Below are positions 1 to 9,758 of a stretch of 64,000 nucleotides of DNA, one piece after another (the stretch's first letter is position 1; each line of letters opens with the position of its first letter). Source of the DNA: a virus (lineage: Duplodnaviria > Caudoviricetes). The stretch lies in IMG/VR virus record IMGVR_UViG_3300037067_006949, positions 1-64,000 of that record; one strand, 5' to 3'. The translations under genes were made by a program, and so were the position numbers. A model generated the notes under the pieces. The model was given only the letters and a program-made list of their open reading frames with translations, did not search any database and was not told where the DNA came from.

Positions 1-1
1 C

Positions 2-337
2 ATGAACTAATACAGTACTAGCACCAACTAAAGTGCTATCTCCAGTATATAAATATAATACATGAGTAGTTGAATTCCATCGTACAGACCCTAATGCTGT
101 ACCTCCCTTCATCCATTGCAATATAGTAACCTCAGGATAAGTAGTGATTGGGGCTACTGCAAGATTCCAGCGTACATAAATTTCTGATGAAGCGGGAATA
201 TATTTTCTAGCATAACCATTGCCAATACTATATCCGTAAACTCCAGTTTTATGCACAGTAGATACAGATGTTGCTATAGTAAGGTCAAAACTTAATGTGT
301 CTCCCATTTCTGCACCATCAGTAAATAATCTTGTCAT
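2..337 (-). CDS. Putative virion/tail-associated protein, truncated by the window edge (MTRLFTDGAEMGD...)
   Basis: Manual translation is open from ATG 337 to the window edge; beta-rich T/S/G composition; same strand as neighbouring structural-type genes. Confidence 0.6.
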   Translation of the reverse strand, partial: MTRLFTDGAEMGDTLSFDLTIATSVSTVHKTGVYGYSIGNGYARKYIPASSEIYVRWNLAVAPITTYPEVTILQWMKGGTALGSVRWNSTTHVLYLYTGDSTLVGASTVLVH

Positions 338-346
338 AATATTATC

Positions 347-694
347 CTATCTAAACCTAATGGTTAAATCTCTTATATAGATTAGCAATTTTGAGGTCAG
401 CACAAACAAACCACGCATATTGATAATTGCCAAAGCTGCTACTTTGAGCACAGTTCTCACATTGCCAAGAGCAGTATTAATTTGTGTAACATTCGCTGTA
501 GTAATATTCTTTATAGTTGCATTCTTGTAACTAGTGCCTTCTGTGGCCTTCAAAATTGCACCATCCATACCTGCGACGATGGCTTGAACCAAATTCATTA
601 TTCCCTGCCAATGACTTGCGTCACCGATCAATACTTTGCCGTCTTTGAAAATCGCCTCGCCGATGTTATGGCTGCTGAGATCGATCAGTTTCAT
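347..694 (-). CDS. Hypothetical protein (likely start MKLIDLSSH)
   Basis: GGAGG RBS just upstream of ATG 694; the longer 838 start overlaps the upstream gene. Confidence 0.65.
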   Translation of the reverse strand: MKLIDLSSHNIGEAIFKDGKVLIGDASHWQGIMNLVQAIVAGMDGAILKATEGTSYKNATIKNITTANVTQINTALGNVRTVLKVAALAIINMRGLFVLTSKLLIYIRDLTIRFR

Positions 695-707
695 TTGATC
701 CTCCTGC

Positions 708-1715
708 TTACCCAATCCCAAATTTATTTCTATAGAATGCCTCAACGCCCTCTCTATTTGCTTTTGAGAGAAATGTTGAAGAAGCAAATATTTCAGCAAT
801 CCATCCGGTAAAATATCCCGCCGCCGCTTGAAATGCACCTAGAAATACGGTAGAGGCAACGTTCAAGTCTGCGGCGCTGCTCGACCTGCTATATCCACAC
901 CATATTCCGTCGATAAATAGATTTATGAATGGAGTTGTTTTCTTTCTTGAGAACGTGATGATGTGAAACGCTCCATCGGCAATGAATTGTGTCCCGCGCA
1001 ATGTCGTTTCTGGGTTTCCTGTACCGGCACCGCCAGTTCCACCATCCCAAGTTAATGCCCAATCGTTTGCAACCCCTGCCGATTCAACACCAAAAATTCC
1101 TTTCTGGTTATACCAATATGCATCAGCTCCGTCTGTATTGATACTTGCTACCACGGCAATAATCGTCCAATCTCCTTCTAGTGGACGGCTGAGAGACATA
1201 ACTTTACTGCCGTTAAAATAAACTGCTGGCTGGCTGAAAGTTGTTTTATCCAGCGTTGGCTTTAATGCGGCATTGGATTGTGTAGCGTCCAATCCGCGCC
1301 CGCTCTGATCCGCCCAGGAGGCAACGGGGTCGTTGTGGTTTCCTGAGATGGTTCCTGCATCGAACCAGACCGCCTTATTTGCGACATCGCTAGGGTTGAC
1401 TTGGGTTATTCCCCCGCCGCCGCTTGGAACCGCCCCGCCGTCTTTTACTAATTTTCCTGATGTAGAATCAAAAACAACTAAGTGTCCATCAGTTGCACTA
1501 GCAGGGCCGATTACAGCATCTGGTGAACCAGCGTCTCCCCATAACGTACTTCCCGATCCATCAGAAATAAGGGCTAGACCAGAAGCGCTTGAGCCGCTAT
1601 CTATTCTCGTTGATTCAAGAGTACCTATATGGCTCGCGTTCCAGTCGGAAGGTAGTACCAAGTCGGCATTATCGCCATCCACGAATGTAGAAACTTTAGA
1701 ATGTAAAATTGCCAT
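708..1715 (-). CDS. Tail fibre/receptor-binding-like protein with C-terminal LamG/concanavalin A-like domain
   Basis: Gly/Ser linkers; WFDAG..V.SW.DQSG.G.DATQ...PT, V.F.G and F.G.IAEI motifs typical of phage LamG domains; GGAGG RBS. Confidence 0.7.
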   Translation of the reverse strand: MAILHSKVSTFVDGDNADLVLPSDWNASHIGTLESTRIDSGSSASGLALISDGSGSTLWGDAGSPDAVIGPASATDGHLVVFDSTSGKLVKDGGAVPSGGGGITQVNPSDVANKAVWFDAGTISGNHNDPVASWADQSGRGLDATQSNAALKPTLDKTTFSQPAVYFNGSKVMSLSRPLEGDWTIIAVVASINTDGADAYWYNQKGIFGVESAGVANDWALTWDGGTGGAGTGNPETTLRGTQFIADGAFHIITFSRKKTTPFINLFIDGIWCGYSRSSSAADLNVASTVFLGAFQAAAGYFTGWIAEIFASSTFLSKANREGVEAFYRNKFGIG

Positions 1716-1808
1716 AATAACCTCCTATAGAATGAATCTCCCTAAACAAAAGGAGGTCAAATTTTAAATTTTATGAGAAATTTTTTAATAAAAATATGTT
1801 TGCTTATA

Positions 1809-1841
1809 TTATTTTTTACCAGTTAAATCATTTTTATACAT
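1809..1841 (-). pseudogene. Remnant N-terminus of an HNH homing endonuclease gene (MYKNDLTGKK*)
   Basis: DLTGK matches the N-termini of the intact HNH genes at 4921 (DLSGQKFG) and 63437 (DLTGQRFG); preceded by the same RNA motif as the 4921 HNH gene. Confidence 0.55.
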
Positions 1842-1860
1842 ATGCGCTCTGAAGCTTTCT

Positions 1861-1938
1861 CTCTGAATAAAAATAAAAATGGGAAACTATCAGAGTTAGT
1901 TTGTCAATCGGATCATGACTTCCGATCTATCCCATTTT
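1861..1938 (-). ncRNA. Structured cis RNA motif, copy 1 (three-way junction plus pseudoknot)
   Basis: AAAAUGGG/CCCAUUUU; AUCGG-aagucaugau-CCGAU; AAACUA-acucuga-UAGUUU; loop CUCUGA complementary to downstream UCAGAG. Confidence 0.7.
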
Positions 1939-1966
1939 ATTTTTAAATATAAATAAAGAACAAAAC

Positions 1967-2602
1967 TTACGTTGGATCGCCTATTTGAATCTTCCCTCAA
2001 TTGTTACCCCATAGGCAACGGGGATAAGTCATTTCTGCTTATCTCTGCAATTTCTTTTGTTATAGTTGCAGGACAGACTATACCACAATCCACATAATGA
2101 ATTTTCATTCTTGGATTTCCCTTGGTAGTCGTTAGAGCGTATTAAAGAAAATAATTCTTTTATTGACGCTTCGGGATTGTCCACTTCTGGAGTTCCCCCG
2201 ATATTCGGGATTTTCTATATACATTACTGTATAAAGTCGCTATTTAGTTAACGAAGGAATATCTACAGTTCCCAAAGCAACAAGGTCTTGAGAAGTACAG
2301 GTCGTGACGTATCTTAAAGTCGAACCTGACGCAACCTCGACTAATGCTACGGCAAGCGCTGTGCCACCATTGGTAATTGGAACTCCAGCAGATGCCGTCA
2401 TCGTTAATTTTCTACCAAGAGCACCTGTTGCATCATCGGCTATCGCAAAAGAACCACTTGACATAGGTGTTCTTGCTAACATTAAATTGGTATAGGCATC
2501 TGCAAAAGTAGCAGGGCTACCACTACACACGCACATCCAATCACTTCCTGCTACGTAACTTAACGAAGCATCAATCATGGCGTTTGGGGCTAATTTTCCC
2601 AT
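1967..2602 (-). CDS. Virion-type protein interrupted by a group I intron (exon1 2602-2251, exon2 1995-1967; spliced 126 aa ending TVDIPSWKIQIGDPT)
   Basis: Removing 1996-2250 creates TCG T|GG AAG ATT CAA ATA GGC GAT CCA ACG TAA in frame. Confidence 0.8.
1996..2250 (-). mobile_element. Group I self-splicing intron, 255 nt, no internal ORF
   Basis: Exon ends in U with P1 UCGU/GCGA giving the U.G wobble; P-like AAUAUCGGGGAAC; Q-like AAUCCCGAAG; P7 GACUA/UAGUC; terminal omega-G. Confidence 0.85.
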
Positions 2603-2679
2603 TATTTACCTCCTAAATTTGTATTTGTGCCACTTGTAGAATCTTGAACTTCTAAAGTTACATGTTTATCGTCTGACAT
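2602..2679 (-). CDS. Small 25-aa ORF (MSDDKHVTLEVQDSTSGTNTNLGGK)
   Basis: GGAGG RBS; stop overlaps the next ATG (TAATG coupling). Confidence 0.5.
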   Translation of the reverse strand: MSDDKHVTLEVQDSTSGTNTNLGGK

Positions 2680-2704
2680 AATTCCTCCTAGAATTATTTA
2701 TATA

Positions 2705-2735
2705 TAAAAAAAAGGTTATAGTAAACTATAACCTT
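2705..2735 (-). terminator. Rho-independent terminator
   Basis: AAGGTTATAG-4nt-CTATAACCTT hairpin followed by a T-run on the minus strand. Confidence 0.7.
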
Positions 2736-2765
2736 GTACACACTTATTTTATTCGCTTAAAATGA

Positions 2766-3116
2766 CTATTCTATGGTTTTCAAATGAAATAAAACCCCCG
2801 CATTATACGTTGCTTGTAATTTAGCACTACCACTAGTGCCCAACCTCGCCTTTATAAAGTCGTAAGGTAAAAATGCGTTTGGGTCAACTGCATAAGTTCT
2901 AGAGGCGGACGTAACAGTTAAACTTAATTCTGTGCTGCTACTATTGTATGCAGAATAAAAATTTGTTCCATCTACCGAACCAAGGATTGTTACCAAACTA
3001 CCAGTAATGACGCTTCCAGTAATTGTTATTCCGGTCAATGTGTATAATTCATTAAGTTGTATCACGGCGGTTTCAGATGATCCAACTGCAAAAGTTCCGC
3101 TAACAGTTTTCTTCAT
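2766..3116 (-). CDS. Hypothetical beta-rich phage protein
   Basis: 116-aa ORF; GSVDGTNF motif common in virion accessory proteins. Confidence 0.6.
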   Translation of the reverse strand: MKKTVSGTFAVGSSETAVIQLNELYTLTGITITGSVITGSLVTILGSVDGTNFYSAYNSSSTELSLTVTSASRTYAVDPNAFLPYDFIKARLGTSGSAKLQATYNAGVLFHLKTIE

Positions 3117-3132
3117 ATTTTATAATCCTCCT

Positions 3133-4158
3133 TTAATTGGAGGAACTATCCTCCGGTTTAATTTTTAAATTTTCAAGTTCTTTCCACTTCCGATCTTTAA
3201 TTTCGAGATCGTTATATAATTTTGGCATTGATTCACTAGACCAACCCACAATTTCTTGTACCAACTCGCTTGGCAATCCTGCTTTAAAAAGCATTGTTGT
3301 AAAGTAATGCCTCAAACTATGTGCATAAAATGGCTTATTTACACATTTCTGTATTCTATTTACCCAACCTCTGGCTGTAGAGTCGTCTGCTGGAGAACCA
3401 TCTTTTTTTACAAAAAGAAATTCATGACTTTTACCAGTTTTATCTAATATTTTTTGACGCTCTTCTAACCATACGTTATACCTATTAATAAATACGTCTT
3501 TTAATATATATTTTACCAACATCTTTCCCGTACGGCCCCTACCCTTAGTACGAATTGATTTAGTAGTTTCTAAAAATATACCATTAAATGCGGTTCTGTT
3601 AATATCAATTAAATTTAATGAAAATCTTAAAAGTTCAGAAAACCTACATCCAGAAGCAATGGCCAATGCAAACCAACAGGCTATTTGATATTCTTTATCT
3701 TCTTCGAGTTGTTTAAAAATATCGCAAACCTCCTCCTCGGATAAGATTGTCTTATCTCTAGCTGGGTTTTTAGGCATTGATTCTATTGATTTCAAAATTA
3801 TATTTCTAAATTGGGGATGATCGTCATCTAAAAAACGTTCAACAAAATTGCTTAGAGAACTAAGACAACTTTTCATTCTTCCAAAACGAGCAGACCCAAA
3901 TCTCAATTCATCTGCACAAAACCCAAAAAAATCTGAAAAATCTAATTTTTTTATTTCGAAAAAAGATTTATTATTACAATACAATGCTCCCCAACAAAAA
4001 AATATGTTTAAGTCCGAAAAATATCCTTCTACGGTTGTATTGCTACTTCTAGTTTTCTTTTCTTTTAAAAAACTATCTCTTAGTTTTATATTTTCTGGAT
4101 TAACTTGATTTAATAGTTCGGGGGTCACGATGATTTTACGATATGTTTTGCGAGCCAT
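3133..4158 (-). CDS. Tyrosine recombinase/integrase family protein (SPbeta YomM/YopP-like)
   Basis: N-terminal SAM-like region; SGCRFSEL; KGRG; HSLRH; GW...LY catalytic tyrosine. Confidence 0.9.
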   Translation of the reverse strand: MARKTYRKIIVTPELLNQVNPENIKLRDSFLKEKKTRSSNTTVEGYFSDLNIFFCWGALYCNNKSFFEIKKLDFSDFFGFCADELRFGSARFGRMKSCLSSLSNFVERFLDDDHPQFRNIILKSIESMPKNPARDKTILSEEEVCDIFKQLEEDKEYQIACWFALAIASGCRFSELLRFSLNLIDINRTAFNGIFLETTKSIRTKGRGRTGKMLVKYILKDVFINRYNVWLEERQKILDKTGKSHEFLFVKKDGSPADDSTARGWVNRIQKCVNKPFYAHSLRHYFTTMLFKAGLPSELVQEIVGWSSESMPKLYNDLEIKDRKWKELENLKIKPEDSSSN

Positions 4159-4921
4159 CTGTAATTTTTATTACCCCCTTATTTTTTAAATTATTGTAGA
4201 TGTTTTCTATATATTGTATAAAATATTCTTTAGTATAATTACTTTTTGTATGATTACAAAATTTACAACAGGCGACTATATTTCCTGCAATATATCCAAC
4301 AGAATTATCTATTCTGTCTATACCATTATATAAATACTCTCCATACGTTGCTTTATTATTTTTAAAAACCTGATTTGGTTGTCTGCCACAATAATAACAA
4401 TTTTCACCAATGATTTTTTTAAATTCGTCTTTTGTAATTTCAAATATTAAATTGCGTTTCTTGGCATTCCTCATATAATTATCGAGAAGTTTATTAAAAG
4501 ATGATTCTCCATATATTCCATGCCTAAGACATCCACAAGAAGTTATTTTTCCGGTCTTCATATCATGCGCTGCACAAACTACAACATTTTTGTCTTCACA
4601 GTCGCATTGACATTTCCAATATGCTCCCCTATTATTCATATGATCTAATTCAATTACCGTCAAATTGCCAAAACTTTGTCCAGTTAAATCTATGAAATTT
4701 TTGTGACCAGCAACAGCACGGTTTTCTTCTCCAAGGCATCCACAAGAGCGAGTATTCCCTCTTCTCAAACTATGCCCCTTAACAACACACGGCTTATTAG
4801 AACAATCACATATGCAATTCCAATGTATAACCGTTTTGCCATTTTGTCTTATTCTATGCGATATATCAACAACCAATAATCTTCCAAATTTCTGTCCAGA
4901 TAAATCAATCAGCCTTCCCAT
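4136..4921 (-). CDS. Free-standing HNH homing endonuclease with duplicated N-terminal Cys-rich repeat
   Basis: Two DL(S/T)GQ.FG.L.V...W.C.CDC...SCGC repeats; CYYCG...NGIDRIDN..GY...N.V.CC..CN nuclease domain. Confidence 0.85.
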   Translation of the reverse strand: MGRLIDLSGQKFGRLLVVDISHRIRQNGKTVIHWNCICDCSNKPCVVKGHSLRRGNTRSCGCLGEENRAVAGHKNFIDLTGQSFGNLTVIELDHMNNRGAYWKCQCDCEDKNVVVCAAHDMKTGKITSCGCLRHGIYGESSFNKLLDNYMRNAKKRNLIFEITKDEFKKIIGENCYYCGRQPNQVFKNNKATYGEYLYNGIDRIDNSVGYIAGNIVACCKFCNHTKSNYTKEYFIQYIENIYNNLKNKGVIKITDGSQNIS

Positions 4922-4932
4922 TAATTTCCTCC

Positions 4933-5005
4933 AACTCCCAAATATAAAATGGGGAAGCGGGAGTTTCGCTTTTCAATTGGTTCATGACTTCCAATCTATC
5001 CCCAT
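4933..5005 (-). ncRNA. Structured cis RNA motif, copy 2, abutting the RBS of the HNH gene
   Basis: AUGGGG/CCCCAU; AUUGG-aagucaugaa-CCAAU; AAGCG-aaacucc-CGCUU; loop pairs with GGGAGUU next to the GGAGG RBS. Confidence 0.75.
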
Positions 5006-5021
5006 CTTTGTGTTACCATAA

Positions 5022-5333
5022 TTATTTATCCTCAACCGAGGGTTTGCTATTTTTCAATATTCTTTTCAACGTGACGCTAGGCGAAATAGTAAGCCTGTAA
5101 GTTGTATCCCTAAATTTCTCCACGCCCGTATGTAGATCGAATCCAGTGTGCGGAGCAATCTCATGCGCGTATACTTTAAACAATCCACCGATCACCAACT
5201 CATCATGAGAGGCAACCATTTCTTTTACAATTTCTTCAAAGGTATCGAACATAACCCTTACGTCACCTTGAGTAAAAGATGCTCTACTTGCAATTTCACG
5301 AATTATAAAGTCCTTGCCATATTTCTCTGTCAT
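5022..5333 (-). CDS. HU/IHF-family histone-like DNA-binding protein
   Basis: K..FI.EIA....FTQ.DV; L.IGGLF; G.D.HTG arm; F/I.PS..LK; adjacent to the YonO-like gene as in SPbeta (yonN). Confidence 0.85.
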   Translation of the reverse strand: MTEKYGKDFIIREIASRASFTQGDVRVMFDTFEEIVKEMVASHDELVIGGLFKVYAHEIAPHTGFDLHTGVEKFRDTTYRLTISPSVTLKRILKNSKPSVEDK

Positions 5334-5400
5334 TTTATTTCTCTCCTATTTTAGTATCTTAATACTCCATATACTCACGTGAATAATCTTATTAACATTT

Positions 5401-6192
5401 TCAAATTTTATATGAAGTTTTATTCCTTATTTGGCGCATACTTTTCTTACTGGATTCTCTTTGTCTTTTGCATAAATCTTTTTGATAGCATCGTTCACAT
5501 AAGTCATGTTTTTTTGATTTATTTTTAATTTTTCTTCCACACTTCTCGCAATAAAACGGATAAAACCCAACGACATCATTCATATTATTTACCGTTATGG
5601 CAATATTAGAATTTTCGAATACAAAATTGACCTTATAGCTAATATTTTTGCCCCTTGGATTAATCGTAGTAATCAATTCGCTTTGTTCTAAATCATATAA
5701 GATATCTTTGCGTTCAATCCTAGACACATTAACTTTAGCCATTTTCAAAACATTAATAAACGTATCATTAACATAAAAATCATTATCGTGTTCGCCACTG
5801 TTTTTTGGTGTCAATCTCGTATCGTTATATTTAAAATATTTAGCTATAACTAGCATTACAAATAATATCTTTTGCCTTTTATAGTCACCACAATTTTTTA
5901 TAATGTCTAATTCTGATTCGGTTACATTGACGTCTATTGGAAGCCTAAGCCCATATTCTTGAGAAGTATCAATGGCATCATTTATTTTTTTTCTAGATAA
6001 GATTTCATTGAAGTTGGGAACGAATTTTTTGCAAAAATCCAACAAGCTTTGTTTTATTTGTATTCTATTTTGACCAATGTATTTGAAATATTTGGCAAGC
6101 ACAGACAAATCTTGGTAATTCATAAAGGATGTAAAGCCATTTTTTAGTAATTTTTCAGCATGATCTTTTTCATAGAAAATCATAGATGTCAT
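5401..6192 (-). CDS. Hypothetical protein with C-terminal zinc finger, coupled to the RNAP gene
   Basis: CEKCG...CERC; overlaps the RNAP stop. Confidence 0.7.
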   Translation of the reverse strand: MTSMIFYEKDHAEKLLKNGFTSFMNYQDLSVLAKYFKYIGQNRIQIKQSLLDFCKKFVPNFNEILSRKKINDAIDTSQEYGLRLPIDVNVTESELDIIKNCGDYKRQKILFVMLVIAKYFKYNDTRLTPKNSGEHDNDFYVNDTFINVLKMAKVNVSRIERKDILYDLEQSELITTINPRGKNISYKVNFVFENSNIAITVNNMNDVVGFYPFYCEKCGRKIKNKSKKHDLCERCYQKDLCKRQRESSKKSMRQIRNKTSYKI

Positions 6193-8923
6193 CTGCTACG
6201 ATTTTTATCTCCTTTCTAGAATATTTTTTGCCCAAATATTCTATATCTCCATCATCATCTAAAAATGGTATTTCAATTTTCTTATTACCAATATTATTTT
6301 TTATATTATCTACTACGCCATCCCCAAAAATGCTCCATACAAATGCTTTATTATCCGATTCCAATGATACATAACATCTGGCTATAGCGTAATAAGCTAG
6401 TTCTCCCAAATCCGAAGATAACTTTAATGCCTCTTGACGAATTGATTTATTGTATTGTTCAATGGTTTGCCATCTGTTCTCGCCATCTTCGTTTTTTATA
6501 TTTCCAAAATTTCTTTTTTCTGATTTATATTTTTCGTGCAATAATATCAAGGCGTCAGATTTGGCATCATCCCAATCAGGAACATTTCGTTTTTTCATTA
6601 TATCTATAGAATTTTTATCCCAAGATAATTTAGAATTAACTTTTATTTCGCCAATTCTTTTTTGCATGTATTTAGAAATGCTATTTATCTCGCATGAAGT
6701 ATCAAGAAGAGGATTAAAGCGATAAAATTGCGCAAGAAATTCTTTTTGTTCGTCATCTAATAAATTTTTATCCATAGCAATCAGTTCACTCAAAAACATT
6801 TTGAACCTTGCCTGAGAAAGAATATCATAATTATAACAATGTTTCCTATAATCCTTTCCGTAGTTTGGATACAAATTTTCCATAAATTGAGGACGTTTTT
6901 CCACGAGAATAGAATTGTTAAAATTAGATTTATCAATTTCTTCTTGAGACATATCTTCTTTTATCTTTTGCCAATTTGACCATTGGGGAGGAATAGGGTT
7001 GACATCCAATCCCTTTGTTGAATCTATAATTGTTCCCTGTTGTTTTCTGCATTGCTTCAATCTGCGAATAATTTCTTTATATTCCAAAGAATTTTCTGCA
7101 AACATTGGCAGCATAGAATACATAGTCGTGCTAAGATTGGTCAAAAAACCCACCTTAGTATTAAAGCCCTTCAAATCTGCTTTATACAACTCTGACTCTA
7201 CAATCTTACATTTCGGCGCTTTTCGAGTTTCGTACATTACTGGTAATCCGCCATAAGCGCCATTTATTATTTCCTGTTGATTAGTGAGACACAGAATATC
7301 CCCGTCGAAATCGCATCCGCCAAACAGAGCCATATCTAATCCGTGTACATTTGTGATCAAACAACATTTTAAATATTTGTACCACCTTTGAATATCATCA
7401 TTGTTCTTCAAATCAAGCACATTTACTTCTGAGCGCCAAACAAGAGGCGATCTCATTCCCGCTATTCTGTTTACGCCCTTAGACAACCAATAATTGTTAT
7501 AATGTTCATTACGTTTTAATAATCCAACAATAGGTTGACCAAATATATATTCCAGCATAGCCAGCGGATCAGACGCAATAAATGTGTATTGCCCATCAAC
7601 AATCAAATTTCCAATATACGAATCTTTGATTTTGCGCCTAAGAGAATTTTGGATATGATTTTGAATGTATGGGTCTGTAATCAAATTATTGTCTAGCATC
7701 AATGCTTTAGTTACATTATCATTTATTTTATTAAAAATATTTTCATCATATTCTTTATCAATCTGCGCTCCCAATAGATAAAGTAACGTATAGTTTTTAT
7801 TTCCACTCATTACATTTTCAAAATATTCAACTGTTTTCGAGCACAAGGATTCTATTTGTTTTTGATCCAGATGCAATGCCTGTAAAAATTGGTAGTTCAA
7901 AAATGTATGTGTGTTTTCTTCTTTCGGAGTACAGCGTGTTACACCCCACCCTAAATTATTCTTACGGCATTTTTCCACATAGTCTTGCATAGAATCGAAA
8001 GCGTTCCAAAGTTTGAATTGCGAAGCGGTAAGAATGACATCCATATCCCGAATGTTTACATCATTACCATAAACATCTTTTACAATATGCTTACCAATCT
8101 CGTCTGAATACTCCATAAAGTCAATGACTGCCACCATTCCCTTGATGAAGTTACTCCGAATGATGAAAGCACCTGGTATGTAATCCAGCCCCAAGTCGTT
8201 TGCCCAAACTTCTGCCATCCTTGGAGAGATGATCCCCTGACCATCAAACAAATTAAACGTAAGTTCTTTTTCCGTAGGCTCAATGATGTCGTCTCCCCCG
8301 TCCACCTCTGTTACCCAATCCACAGTTTCTTTGCGCACAACCTCACAATCTGGAATGACACAAAAATAAGGAGTAGTTACCGGAAGAGCAGTAGATGATG
8401 CCAATGCAAAATAGGCGTTGAATTTTGCTGGTGTAATCTCAATGTCAGCACGATCATTATTCAGCACCCTCTTCAGTTCTTTTTCAATTTCAGCGTCTAC
8501 AAATAAAACATTGTTTCTTCTTGCTTGACCAGCGCTGCACATCAGCCTTACATATTTTTTGTTGTTTACAAATAAACCATGGCTAATAATATATTCGTAC
8601 TGTTTTACGTTCTTGACCACTAAAGAAATAATTTCGGATACAAAAAGAAGTTCATCAATTCTATTTTCTATATTGTATAAATCGAAGTTACCACCCTCAA
8701 CCCGCTTCAGATTATGTTTCTTGACCAACAACTCTTGCAGTTCATCAATATCGCCCGTCCTACCAGTAATTTCTCTCAACGTCCGAAGCATCTGGCTATC
8801 CCCAATACTTACCAGTTCTCCGTTCTTACGTGCTTGCCATGTATCTAATTGTATGTCGTAGTTATCTTGCTTGAGTCTATCTGTTGCTAACTTAAAAATG
8901 TGATATTGTTGCAACTTTATCAC
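6170..8923 (-). CDS. YonO-like single-subunit DNA-dependent RNA polymerase (cellular RdRP fold)
   Basis: GGCDFDGD catalytic loop; FDGQG; IRxxFIKG; SQFK; RSP motifs; 917 aa; upstream of virion genes. Confidence 0.88.
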   Translation of the reverse strand: MIKLQQYHIFKLATDRLKQDNYDIQLDTWQARKNGELVSIGDSQMLRTLREITGRTGDIDELQELLVKKHNLKRVEGGNFDLYNIENRIDELLFVSEIISLVVKNVKQYEYIISHGLFVNNKKYVRLMCSAGQARRNNVLFVDAEIEKELKRVLNNDRADIEITPAKFNAYFALASSTALPVTTPYFCVIPDCEVVRKETVDWVTEVDGGDDIIEPTEKELTFNLFDGQGIISPRMAEVWANDLGLDYIPGAFIIRSNFIKGMVAVIDFMEYSDEIGKHIVKDVYGNDVNIRDMDVILTASQFKLWNAFDSMQDYVEKCRKNNLGWGVTRCTPKEENTHTFLNYQFLQALHLDQKQIESLCSKTVEYFENVMSGNKNYTLLYLLGAQIDKEYDENIFNKINDNVTKALMLDNNLITDPYIQNHIQNSLRRKIKDSYIGNLIVDGQYTFIASDPLAMLEYIFGQPIVGLLKRNEHYNNYWLSKGVNRIAGMRSPLVWRSEVNVLDLKNNDDIQRWYKYLKCCLITNVHGLDMALFGGCDFDGDILCLTNQQEIINGAYGGLPVMYETRKAPKCKIVESELYKADLKGFNTKVGFLTNLSTTMYSMLPMFAENSLEYKEIIRRLKQCRKQQGTIIDSTKGLDVNPIPPQWSNWQKIKEDMSQEEIDKSNFNNSILVEKRPQFMENLYPNYGKDYRKHCYNYDILSQARFKMFLSELIAMDKNLLDDEQKEFLAQFYRFNPLLDTSCEINSISKYMQKRIGEIKVNSKLSWDKNSIDIMKKRNVPDWDDAKSDALILLHEKYKSEKRNFGNIKNEDGENRWQTIEQYNKSIRQEALKLSSDLGELAYYAIARCYVSLESDNKAFVWSIFGDGVVDNIKNNIGNKKIEIPFLDDDGDIEYLGKKYSRKEIKIVADDIYDFL

Positions 8924-8940
8924 TCATGACCTCCAATGAT

Positions 8941-9165
8941 CTATTCGTACTCTTTTCTTACAAATTCATCCCATTCTGATTCTTCGCCATAATCCAATAT
9001 ATCTTCTGTATATTTATTATAGCTGAACTCCTTCCATGCAACACCATATGGTAAACAATTAAAATCAATATCAATAAAATCGTAACAAATAAGACCTTCA
9101 CTCTGTAATTGTTTTTCACGTGGAGTGCAGTTGTCAAATTGATTGCAACGATTGCACTCTGTCAT
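8941..9165 (-). CDS. Small Cys-rich hypothetical protein
   Basis: CxxCxxxxxC; RBS GGAAGGA. Confidence 0.55.
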   Translation of the reverse strand: MTECNRCNQFDNCTPREKQLQSEGLICYDFIDIDFNCLPYGVAWKEFSYNKYTEDILDYGEESEWDEFVRKEYE

Positions 9166-9168
9166 TTT

Positions 9169-9651
9169 TTATTCCTTCCTTTCTTGTATTTTGATTGCTT
9201 TATATTTGTTTCTTCCTAGGTCAACAATATTGTCATGCAAGATGGTTTCTCCACATTCAATACACGGAATGGCTTCCCAATCCCCATGAGCCACCCTGAT
9301 TTCTTTACCACAGTACGGACAAGCAAAGCACATCACATCTTCATCTGCCATACGTTCCGCCTTACAGTAAGGACAGTTACAAGGTTCGCCTTCACCAGGC
9401 CAATTCAAAATATCTACACCAGCAACTTCTTGGATAGCTACGATATTGTAAATGTCGTCCCCAAAAGTTTCGTCCAGCATGGCAATAGCTTCGTCTACGG
9501 CTGTTTCAAAATTATCGCATCCTAACTGAAGATGGGTATCTACATGTTCCATCATATCTTGCTCTTCTTCAAACTCCCCTTCTAATGAACCATCCATTAT
9601 TTCAGGTTTTACTTCTCGATCAAAGGTATATTCTATATCATATAACTTCAC
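9169..9651 (-). CDS. Acidic zinc-ribbon protein
   Basis: CNCPYC, CPYCG, CIECG; GGAGG RBS. Confidence 0.7.
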   Translation of the reverse strand: MKLYDIEYTFDREVKPEIMDGSLEGEFEEEQDMMEHVDTHLQLGCDNFETAVDEAIAMLDETFGDDIYNIVAIQEVAGVDILNWPGEGEPCNCPYCKAERMADEDVMCFACPYCGKEIRVAHGDWEAIPCIECGETILHDNIVDLGRNKYKAIKIQERKE

Positions 9652-9758
9652 AAAGCCTCCACAATGAACTACAACGAATTTATTTTACAATTACTTATAT
9701 TTTACCACTATCTTACTCAAAACCCCACAGCGCCTTTCCTGTGAAGTCTGGTGGCATT

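Noticed and set aside
1-2602. Diversity-generating retroelement targeting the tail genes
   Set aside because: No reverse transcriptase and no TR/VR pair differing at adenines were seen in this window.
6170-8923. RNA-virus or eukaryotic RNAi RdRP
   Set aside because: The context is a dsDNA phage with bacterial RBSs and promoters; a YonO-type DNA-dependent RNAP is the better fit.
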